DNA of 63,390 nucleotides, the filler included, from Phoronis australis (Eukaryota; Animalia; Phoronida): assembly GCA_002633005.1 (NCBI GenBank). It is 7 parts of 7 records of this genome, joined end to end, with 100 filler letters (N's around TTAATTAATTAA, not from the genome) between each part and the next. Parts side by side here need not be neighbours in the genome. Positions count along the whole stretch, not along the records: positions 48,381 to 61,202 come from NMRA01001616.1; positions 61,303 to 63,390 come from NMRA01001196.1; 5 more parts are not named here. One strand, given 5' to 3'. The translations under genes were made by a program, and so were the position numbers. The notes below the pieces were generated by a model, which saw nothing but the letters and a program-made list of their open reading frames with translations, was not told where the DNA came from and did not search any database. Positions 52,760-63,390 of the stretch are shown here, piece after piece. Each line of letters starts with the position of its first letter. Position 1 is the stretch's first letter.

Positions 52760-53738
52760 ATCTGGTGGAGTGGAGAATAACTGAAAAGAACATGTAGATT
52801 TCGTTTAATAGTAAAATCTACGTTATTTTTTAACACATAGTTACTTTTTGTATGAGCACAAAGTGGAATGGTCACACGCAGGCTACTCCCAATGGGTGCT
52901 TGCACATTTTCCAGTTTTACAAACTAGAGCTGATGGAATGGACCTCGTCCGCTTGAGGGCGGGGTTAACGTCCAGCGTAGGGTACAGAAAAATCAAGATT
53001 TTGGGAAGGTTTTTTCTGGGAGGAGTACTTTTAATGCTTATTGCGAAACTTTAACGCAAAATATAACAGTTAAGTCCAGAAAGCGCTAAAACGCATTGTA
53101 TCTGGGCATCAAAATATTACAAATATACAAATATACATACACTTTACATGTATATGTATCAGCGAACAGGAATCGAATGAAACAGTCTCACAAAAACGGC
53201 GCTTTGTATGTTTTTGATAGTGTTGATAATTTTAGAAAAATTCAAATGAAATCTTGAAATTTCGGTTCTTGTTAGACCGTATTCATATATTAAAAATAAC
53301 AAAAATATACTGGTTTACGAACTTTAAGAAAAACTGAAGTAGAACCATACATAACATTTAGTTTGCCACGAGTTTTTATCCAAACTTTCTCGATATTTCG
53401 TTTTTTAAACCGCAGTTTATTAGCTGAGAGCGGCGGACGTTTGAAAATTTACAATGTTGATAACACATGCTATTTTTTCTGTACGAGGTGCTGTGTTGAA
53501 GACGAAGGTGCTGTGTTGAAGACGAATCGCACTTTGATCTCACTTGTGATGGATTACATGATATCAGGAAGATGTACGCCTCGTATGAGTTTGGTAACTT
53601 TAATCCATATGATGGTACATGCAAACTGTAAAAGTGCCTGAGTAAGTAATGAACATTTTAAGGCACTTAAAAGGAAAGGTTGTGCAGAGAAACGTTGAAT
53701 GCTTAAGGTTTATGAGTTTGAATGGTATTAATTACACT

Positions 53739-53753
53739 GTGGCGCCCTCTGGT
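53739..53753 (-). promoter_or_regulatory. Isolated CTCF-consensus-like site upstream of the TRIM gene
   Basis: Minus strand ACCAGAGGGCGCCAC. Motif match only. Confidence 0.3.
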
Positions 53754-54949
53754 CTTTTATACAACGGAAATGAAAACAACACGAGAAAAAGTCACAAGAA
53801 AAGAATTGACGATCACGTGGTGCGTGATTTGTTGTAGTAATTTCATTAAAATAACTAGTTGCTGTTAAGATCTGCTTTGTTCGTAAGGAAGAATGGGCTT
53901 TGACTACACAAACAAAACACCTTTTATTCATATCGAAACCGATACCAGGAAATGACGAGTCTTGTCTTCGTAGGTCAATCCATCGCGACTATCAAACATG
54001 TATGATAATAATTCAAAAATAGCTGGGAATTTCATTCGTCACATTTTAGATCGAACAGAAACTTTTGCTGCGCAACACATCTTCTGTCAGTATTTTGATG
54101 GTACATGTAGGCCTAGTGCTCTCAAAGTGATTTGTATTTAACCCTTGCGGCTTGAAGTGTCAATTATTATTATGGTGTATTCAATGCAATGTTCCAATAG
54201 TTGAATGCGCTGAATCTACAGTTCGCCACTACACCAAACTACATTCCGTAATGTACAACGTTTGTTCTCTTTGCAAATGGTGACTAAAATAAATGATTAT
54301 TCATTGATTGATCAAAGCATCAAAACAGGAATTTAGAGACGAGGCCATAGAATCGTTTCCACTTCGTCTAGAAGTAATTTTTACATGAAATTTGAACATT
54401 AAACTCCATTCGCTCAGATATTCAAAACTAATCCGACTATGATTGCATTCCAGCAGCAAATATATAGTCAAACATCTATATCTTCGTTTGACCAGGTATC
54501 ATTGCGCCTATCATAAATACGCACTGTGCAATACGGCTCCTTGGCGCTTTCTGAGCTGTTGTCATTTATTGCATGTGTACAGGTGAACCAAATTTTTAAC
54601 AATCTGTATAGTAGACACGCAGTGCTAGTGTCAAGAAATCAAGAGATTCAGGTCACAGTTAAGAAAAGCAAGTAGGACATATTCAACGGAGTGCTTAAGC
54701 GAATATGTATCAGGACTGTGGCTGATTATTGAACAATACAAAAACGCGGCCTAAGGATTGCCGTAAATTTTGTGCCGGGTTATCTGTTAAGTGAAACTTA
54801 CTTCAGCTAAGGGTCACGCAAAAAAGGCGGTGCTCATATCATCGCCATAGGGGTCGCTCCAATGAGTTTTGGGGCGGAGGGGGCGACGGGGACGACGGGG
54901 GAAGGGGAGGCGAAACCTTAAAATGCAACGGGGAGTGTGGATGTTACGG

Positions 54950-55660
54950 AGATTGGCAATGGTGTCATTGAGAGGAGTGCATATGAGTAACTCGAACACT
55001 GTGGGACCGAGGGGATCGATTAAGCCTAAGTTTAATCCTACACTGTTTAAATTCATAACTGTTATCATTTGCTCAGTAACGAAAAATTGTGACGCAAACG
55101 GCATAATGTTTTACAAACACTAGTTACAAACCTGGGAATGGACCACTATACTGTAGGCGTGAGAAAAACGTCCATTCAGTTGCAGCGCGGTTCCTCGTCT
55201 GAAACAACGCTCGATTTGTCTTCACCTAGTCAATAAAAAACCTCTTTGTGTCACGTGATGAAAGTGTTACTTTCTGCTTCAGGGAAGCATCCGGATATGT
55301 TCTGTAGACACAAAAATCTCGCAAAAACGCATGACCACACCAACCTCCGAGATGTCGACATGCATTGTACACTAAGCATGAAACATGAAACTGACCTTGA
55401 TTCGCGATGGGTGACTTGTGTCAACATAGCTCAATCCCGGTTTTCCTACGTTCGANNNNNNNNNNGGTTTGAACCCACAGCTCCTGATTGATGGTATGCC
55501 AGGGGGTTGGAATAGAGGAACACAGTTTGCGAAATTGCTGGTCGTACAACATGGCATGTTGGAACCCAAAAGAGGAGATGAAGTGCAGAATTGTCTGGGC
55601 ATACTTACACAAGTGGGGAGACTGGTGAGGGTGGGAGGTCGCAGTCAAGTGCTCTAATTA
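54950..55660 (-). mobile_element. Degraded DIRS/Ngaro-type retrotransposon remnant (gag-like)
   Basis: HP..HLCKYAQTI..FG..MLYDQQFR..PWHTINQELW matches the YD..FR..W..IN..LW motif I associate with tyrosine-recombinase retrotransposon Gag. Downstream decayed Cys/His and RT-start-like sequence. Confidence 0.55.
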
Positions 55661-57642
55661 CTTGAGCTAAATCTCACTTAAGGCAAAAGTGAGGAAGTTG
55701 TAGGCGCAAAATTAAAATTGAATGAGTTTTTGACGTACGACAACGTGGCCGGAGCAAAGTGAATTGAACAAAGAGAAACGCCCCTAAAGACACGTGACAA
55801 TCATCAGCCTATAAGAGCCAAGAGCTGACCAAACCCGAGGCACGTGATAACAACAGACCAATGCGAAGGCTGGAAAAACGACACAAGGGAATAATGGAAT
55901 AGACCAAGATGAGGGGCAAAAGGAGTAAGGTGGGTCCATATGATCACATAAATATATTTAAAGAGTGAAATACCATATATTGACAAATTGTGTTAAGGCT
56001 GCCGTGACAATACTGCTGAACTCACTTGGCGCTCGACAATACAGTTCAGTTATGCTGTCGTGATCCAGTGAACGCGAATATTGATAAAGTATCGATCATC
56101 AAAAGTTTTTGTTTTGAATAATGTATGTCGTGAGTTCAATTATAACATTTTCACCGAATCCTTAATAAGCATTGTCAATATGTTAGATGTGGGACTATAC
56201 ACATTTCTAGGAATGCAATTCGATTCGTTTCATTTTAAGAGCAATTCGATTACTATCGATTCTATTCTTGTTCGTCAAATCAATTCCAATTTCTCAAATA
56301 TAAAAACTTATCTCACCATTTGTACCAATTTTAGCAACACAACTGATAGGTATGGTGAGTTCAATATCTCTTCAAAAGATAAAAAGAAGGCGTAATTTTT
56401 GGAAGTCAACTGAGGCCAAAAATTGGAATGGAAATGGGCATTGGCGAATCGATCTCTGAATCGGTCACTCCCGCATCACGATTCGATAATAATTGGACTA
56501 ATTTCCTCGCCCTTACAAAACTATCCACGTATGCGTGACTCCATGAACACGAGAATTGATAGATACTGTCGAAGCCAGTAGTTAACGGGGTACAAACACG
56601 AAATTGTTGGCAACCGGGGGAGTTTTGAAATGAGTGGCAATCCAGGGGCACATTGCAATAAACGTCGGGAAGCAAACTCAAAACTGAAGTGATTTTAGAC
56701 CGGGGAGTTTTTTGCAATGAAGAGGTGGGTAAAAGTTACATTATACTGTGAAAAAGACAATCTCTATTTGACTTAATATTATTCAAATAATTTGGTAAAA
56801 ATTATCGGTAGAGCAACCGTGGGAGGTTAAGTAACACGAGAAGTGTAGTGTTTGGAGATCAGAATCCAGGCGAATTTAAACTCACTACCGCAGCGGTCGT
56901 AGTGTGGCGCATTGCTAGCGGATCTGAAACTTACTCAATAGCATAATATTTGAAACTTTACAGTAGTCGGCTATAATAAAGTACAAACAAAATGCGTAAA
57001 GGTGAACAGATGTTTGACGAGAATGCGTTTTTCAGCTCCTTCTGTTTGCGCAAAAAATTGAAAGTTCAATAATCCTCGACTTCCCGTGTATTGAGTCACG
57101 TGACTTTCAGGTGTCTCACTCTCACGCTCGCCGGGTAAATGATTTTAAAGTTCTGGGCCTGATGTCCACCAGCGCAGAACTCTGGATAGAATTACACCAC
57201 AAAATTGCATATTATCAGGTAAGCCGCTATAATTATGATGTTATCGGGTGTTCAAAGCGGATTTGCCAAGTGGGCGAGATCATTCGAAAGTTTCGAGACT
57301 CATCGAGGAATTTAATTTGACTTTTCGTGCCATTGGGATTTCTAATGTTTTTTGTTTGTGTCCTCCATTTTTTAATTTTCTTTAACTGGATTTGACTTTC
57401 GAAAACTAACGAAGTATTACTGCTTTGCTGCGAGCTGCAACTCCGACGGCAAAATGTTGGATAAATTTTGAGAAGTATTTTCCAGCATGATTCCTAGAAT
57501 CAGTTCGACATTTCTGAAGTATAATAATGTGTTTTCCTGTCTCCGGAACAAAAGAGATTACAATCCAGGACCGAGATATTGTTTTCAATTTCCTCACGGA
57601 CAAGTTCATTCTTGGCGCTTTAGGTAAATAGGTGAATGTTAC

Positions 57643-58057
57643 GCAAGTAAATTAAGCGACCATTGTTAAAGGCGCAAACTACACTGTATTTCTTAAGAGC
57701 GTCATTTAAAATCTATTTACGAGTGTAAGTAAATAATTTACATGCTTTAATTAATGACGTAATAAATAATTTGTCCTGCTAATACATGTTTAAGCTATTA
57801 AGAATTCATTTACTTACCTAAATTGTAATTCACTGTCTGAGAAACTCAGCAAGTAAATTAAGCGACCATTGTTAAAGGCGCAAACTACACTGTATTTCTT
57901 AAGAGCGTCATTTAAAATCTATTTACGAGTGTAAGTAAATAATTTACATGCTTTAATTAATGACGTAATAAATAATTTCTCCTGCTAATACATGTTTAAG
58001 CTATTAAGAATTCATTTACTTACCTAAATTGTAATTCACTGTCTGAGAAACTCAGCA
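57643..58057. repeat. 206-bp near-perfect tandem duplication
   Basis: 57643-57848 is repeated at 57849-58054 with one visible difference (AATTTGTCC vs AATTTCTCC). Confidence 0.93.
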
Positions 58058-61000
58058 TTTACTGTGATCATGAGTTCAATTAAACCCAATGAGCTCATAT
58101 CTGCAACAACTATTGCTTTTGAGAAGTTCCAAATATAGGCCCATGGGCAGATATTGGAATAACGACCTGTCAAATGAAACCGAATTTACACCCGGGCGGA
58201 TTTTCGGATAGGGGATCGTATTTTCGGAAACTGTGAAATTATAACTAATATACTGTACTAATACGGTTAGCTACTGACAAAGCCACCCAATATCATGACT
58301 GTGTGATTTTTTAATCAAATCGCGATCCCAATATATAAATGCCTTGCCAAAACAAACAAAAATTTTACAATTCCTTTGAATATTGTATATATTTTAAAAA
58401 ACCAAAAGTACGTCCATGGGCTTACTTTTGGGAGGTCGAGGACCTCTTTCCGGAAATTCCCGGTATAAAAAAGAATGTTGATTACTTTTAGGTCATTTAG
58501 TTTTCAAAGAGAACCAAAGTTCAGGCTTATGTGTTTATATGCCCGAAGCCAATGCGAGAAACTCTTACATAGATACGAACACTATGTTGGTAAAAACTAG
58601 TGTTATATTGTAGCAAATAACATATTGTAATTATGCAATTATTAAACAAGAAAATTATGTAGAACACTTTTGCGAGACTTCAGTAATTCAAAATTCAAAG
58701 CAGGCTTGATGGACTGGCGTCTAGGAGCAGGAATTGGTTGGCTGGTGAACAATGTTCCACGACAAAATATTCATAAAACGTGAAACATATTAAGGTTGTA
58801 TAGAGGGAAGTTTTTTAACAAATGTGAACAAATTCAGTAGGTATGACACACCCGCCAGTGGTACCTTCTCTTGCAATAAACCCAGCTGCCTCACTTGACA
58901 GCACATTCGAAATGAGGTTGAAATTCAACACCCTTGTAGTAAAAAATCAATGGTCAGACATAAATTTACGAGTAAGTCTTAAGGCATTACATGCGTTGTT
59001 CGTTGCAGTCTCTGTCTTCGTGCCTAGCACAAACATGTTAGTAAGACCGATTGTCTTCTCAACACACTTCTCAATGGACACCATAAAATTATCCTCCACG
59101 GTTCACCGCTTGCTGTGAATTTTCACGTTACACGCCCACAGTAGCGATAAACTCACGGTATTTGTATTTATGTGCAATCTTGATCACACCCACACTAAGA
59201 GATCGATAGACATCTCAATGATTTTGTTTTTTTTTAAACCAACAAGAACAGCTGTCTTAATAATAATAAGACATTGACCACACGAGCCACTACTTTTAAC
59301 CATTTCCGTTTCCTCTCTTCCATTTTCTCTCGTTACATCCCTTCGCGCCAGTTACCTTCATACCTTATGAAAAGCCGTACTCACGAGGCTCAAAAGTGTT
59401 TTTAGCAAATGTTTTTACCCGATTTTTAACTAAATTTATTTTACCCGTTTCTAGATTATAATTGGTACTGCTTGCAAATACCCTCAACATTTGCAAGAGA
59501 CGAGTCAACTGCTTTTTGGAAACGTGTTATTTGTCAATTACAATTTGAGGTAGGAAACTCACCCGAAATGAACTTAGAAGACTACGAAATTTTATCGAAA
59601 TACTGAGGACTGCTCCCCTTTGCCTGCACATTTACACGGACAAACGATGATTACTACAGCATAGTATACTGGCACAGGTATATCCAATTTCTAGGTTTTT
59701 CACATAACATGCCCACTCTTTGAACAACACTTCGTGGTTTCAGAACGAAAAATCTTTCATTGTAGTCCTTATTTGGCCCATCGAAAATGATCAAGTTCGT
59801 GTATACATAGTCAGGGCACATAAAGCAGGTGATGTTTACTGTCAACCTGTGTCTTTCAGTTCAACTTTGGAAAACTATCCGTTCCCTCAACTGGCATATT
59901 GACTACTCCGAGTTGCGACATTTTACTAGTTATATAATATAATGCACCTGTTCTATTCGCGTCAAGGGATTTGTGTTCAGTTGATGTCGAATACGCTCAT
60001 GTTGTGCTCAAACGGCTGGACATTATGCGGCGCGTTATCTCAAACATAGCGTTGATTTTCATAATCATCATAGTCACGGTATTTTCAGTGGCTGATGCCT
60101 TTGAAGTGCTGACATCAACGCAATTAACCATGCCATTTCCTTTTTGTTCACTTACTCTAGTTAAGAACAATCCTATCAAGCGAAAAACACCCCTAAAATA
60201 GAAAGTTTTCCAAATTACAAAACTAGATTTCTCTGTTAATTATTTTCACGGATTTTGTTACATCACTGTTTCTGAAAGCACCACCAGTGAAGTTCAAGGT
60301 GATCATCTGCAGAGTATATTTTAATAATGCATTAAATTAAATAAAATGATTCTTTAATAATCACGCCATGTTCAAAGAAATTACTTGAGAATAAGATGTG
60401 ACTGAATTCGCTCGAGTAAAAGTTGAGTTTATGGAGATTTTACATGAAATGAAGAAAATTTTCTTTAAATATTACGAAAACGTCCGACTCGCTATTTAAT
60501 CTGTGTTTAGGTACTAAAATGACATTCTTTACAAAGCAATACCATCATCGTAGTGTTGTTCTTTAGAACTGAATTCAAATTGAAAGACGCTCATTTTTTT
60601 GGCGGCTGAACTCAACTCAGTCCCCGTGATATCCAAACTTCGTGAGCGTGTTGTCAAGCAATAACGAATTACCAGTTGTTTATAAGTTTATAAATGATTT
60701 CTATTCTGAGAAACGAATTAAGTGATTTAAATGTTTGAGAGAAGTGCATGTTTGTTGCCTATTCGAAAACAAATTCAAAACCTTGCATGCATTTGCACGG
60801 CACTATTAGGTAAGAGTGCAGTTTAAAACAACTATTTCCAGTAACTGTCATGGACGTTTTAGTAATGCGTTTCCAAAGAGCAATATATTTAAGCCGCCGG
60901 AACGACATTTACGCACCAAAACAAGTCAAATAAGGACGTGTAACAAACCAATTGCATTGATTGTATTAAGTGATCTAGTTACAAGTTACAAACACAAACA

Positions 61001-61329
61001 CAAACTATATGTATCATTAATCAAAGGTCAAACCTAATTATCACAACTAAAAGCGCTTCTTTCACACAATATGTATACAGTAACGGTTTATACAATACGC
61101 TCAGCTGAGATCCAACATAGACTAAACACATAAAAATAGGCGCACACATAAAAGTCAGACGACATTTTGAGATATCTGACATAACTGGTAATAACAAAAG
61201 CANNNNNNNNNNNNNNNNNNNNNNNNNNNNNNNNNNNNNNNNNNNNTTAATTAATTAANNNNNNNNNNNNNNNNNNNNNNNNNNNNNNNNNNNNNNNNNN
61301 NNTCCGCCACTGATTTAATTGTCAGAATA

Positions 61330-63325
61330 TAGACTGACACTGTTTTTAGTTGTTATGTATTGTTTTGTTGTTTTGTTTGATTGGCACGACCCCTGAGTTA
61401 ACTACAGTGATGATTAAATTTGTTTACTAGAGAACAGTGTGGACATTTCTAAAAGACTGAGTTCAGTACAGTGATGATGTAATTTGTTTACTACAGTATA
61501 GTGTGAAACTTTCTAGAAGATTCTAGCATGACAGTGATTAATGCAGTCTGGAATATCCTAGAGACTAGTACATGTTTGTAGAATGATTGGGTAGATTCCA
61601 GAAAGTTTTGGTATGTGCTTGAATTGGTGAAAAGGTCTAGAACATTGCATTAGTCTATAAATACACAAGCACGGGCTTCTATTAGTCAGTTCAAGAAAGT
61701 TAAAAAGACAAGAGTCAAGCAGACTCGCGAGTTGGCTAGAAAAACTTGTGTATGATGTGCAAGGTATTCACAAGCGTTATTATGACAATAAGACAAGAGA
61801 TACCCAGTTTCAAATGGGACAAAGAGTGTTGGTGTTACTTCCCACATACCAAAAAAAGCTTACACTACAGTGGAAGGGGCCTTACGAAGTCACGGAAAAA
61901 GTTTATCTTATAGACTACAGAATCAACATGGACGGCAAGATTAAGATCTTCCTTGCCAATCTGTTGAAGGACTATCACGAACGCAAGACTGACAACATCA
62001 CAGACAAAGATGAAGCGATCGACGCGGTGTTAACTGAAGAGTGTGTGACTGACGAAGCGACACTTCTTGATGAAGGCGGTTTGGAACTTCGGCCGGAAGT
62101 TTACAACGAGACCTACAAGGACGTAAAGCTTTATGATTTCTTGACGTCAGAACAGCGTGAATAGGCACTACAGCTCCTACGCGACTACAGTGGTATCTTC
62201 ACCAATCAGCCTGGAGAGACCGCTTTGGTCAGCCACGTCATCGAGTTGACGAGAGAGCAACCAGTGAGAGTGAGACCACGTCAAATGCCATACAATACTC
62301 AGGACCTAGATAAGAGGGAAGTGCAAGAGATGTTAAAGATGAACATCATAGAGCCTTCCACTTTAGCTTACAGTTCTGCTGTAGTGTTGGTGACTAAAAA
62401 GGACGGCACCACAAGGTTCTGTATTGACTACCGGCGTCTGAATGCAGTGACCATATTTGACAACGACCCCATGGATAACCCTGAGGCTATTATGGCGACT
62501 GCATGTTCAACGTTTCTTCTCGAAGTTCTACTTCACAAAGGGCTACTGGCAAATTCCCATGGTCGACGCTAGGATGATGAGAAGGACGATGGCAGGCTCA
62601 GACAAGATCGATCAGTATGTCGACGATGTGCTACTCCACACTGTCACCTGGGAGGAACATCTCCGCATACTGGGAGACTTGTTTCAGAGAATAAAACAAG
62701 CCGGCTTGACAGTAAAACCGTCAAAGTGCAGCGTGACAGTGATTAATGCAGTCTGGAATATTCTAGAGACTAGTATATGTTTGTAGAGTGATTGGGTAGA
62801 TTCCATGAAGTTCTGGCATGTGCTTGAAATGGTGAAAAGTTCTAGAACATTGCACCAGTCTACAAATACACAAGCACGGGCTCGTATTAGTCAGTTCAAG
62901 AAATTTTTAAAAAAGAGTCAAGCAGTTCAAGAGTTCAGCAGTTGGAATTCGAGTTGAGTTGCATTAAAGAGAATCAGCAGTTACAGCGATAGTTAATAGA
63001 GAGCTAGCTATAGAGACAGCAGGTTATTGATTCAGCGAGTGTAACAGTTGCTGGAAGTGTCTCAGAAGCTCACAGAAGTCAAGGCTTCGCAGCACTTGTT
63101 GGAGCATGAAACAGGCACTACGTCGGACGTTTTGTTTGAGTAGGATTGTGAACGTACGGTCGAGCTTAATAACAGGATTAACTCAAACCAGTCCTCAGTC
63201 TATCGTTGCACAGAAAGCTATTAGTACCGGTCTTTAGCAACCTGCGCGCATCCACACACGGGGAAAAACGTGACACTTATTTAAACGGGTGGAACTGGAG
63301 AATTTGTCATACTCTCATTGTCACG
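61330..63325 (+). mobile_element. Internally deleted Gypsy/Gmr1-like LTR retrotransposon
   Basis: LTR segment 61527-61722 is repeated at 62732-62925, and the 3' LTR ends TGTCACG at 63325. Between them lies integrase C-terminus followed by RT. Confidence 0.85.
61725..62731 (+). pseudogene. pol remnant: integrase GPY/F C-terminus followed by reverse transcriptase
   Basis: KRYYD..FQMGQRVLVLLP..KLTLQWKGPYEV..NLLKDY, then LTSEQ..HVIEL..EVQEMLKMNIIEPS..SSAVVLVTKKDGTTRFCIDYRRLN, KGYWQIPM, YVDDV, GLTVKPSKC. Contains a stop, a frameshift and deletions. Confidence 0.9.
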
Positions 63326-63390
63326 TTTTCCCCGTGTACTAGTCCAGTGGCGGATCTACGGGGGGGGGTTCAGGGGGTTTAAACCCCCCC

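Noticed and set aside
54869-55123. Arg/Gly-rich ORF (GRRGRRGRRGKGRR) resembling a protamine or RGG protein
   Set aside because: Non-ATG start, produced by a short GC-rich low-complexity patch, antisense to the DIRS-like relic.
56081-61037. Numerous short ORFs in the AT-rich tail of the sixth piece
   Set aside because: No recognisable domains or consistent splice structure; treated as intergenic.

Overview
This is AT-rich animal (probably marine invertebrate) genomic DNA. It is not one continuous locus: seven pieces are joined by six artificial 100-nt spacers (44 N + TTAATTAATTAA + 44 N). Host genes I can support are two spliced coding exons of tubulin polyglutamylase TTLL11 (1952-2054, 3185-3882), an intact tRNA-Arg(TCG) (12045-12117, minus) and a RING/B-box/coiled-coil/NHL TRIM gene (50797-52759, minus) broken by a repeat and single-N joins. 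Much of the rest is nested transposon debris. It includes Helentron-associated (HINE/DINE-1-like) elements, a TTAA-flanked Kolobok-like element with a THAP pseudogene, and a second THAP element. There are also Academ-like elements with 9-bp TSDs inside a ~450-bp dimeric satellite, pogo/Tc1, Mutator and Harbinger-type MITEs, LINE remnants, a DIRS/Ngaro remnant, and a Gmr1-like (integrase-before-RT) LTR element. I found no CRISPR array and no convincing new multi-gene system. The most interesting signals are regulatory-motif arrays carried by HINEs (co-oriented CTCF-consensus sites every ~142-161 bp; perfect DR1 nuclear-receptor sites) and repeated insertion of one Academ-like element into one satellite. 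All family assignments come from motif recognition by eye, not database searches.
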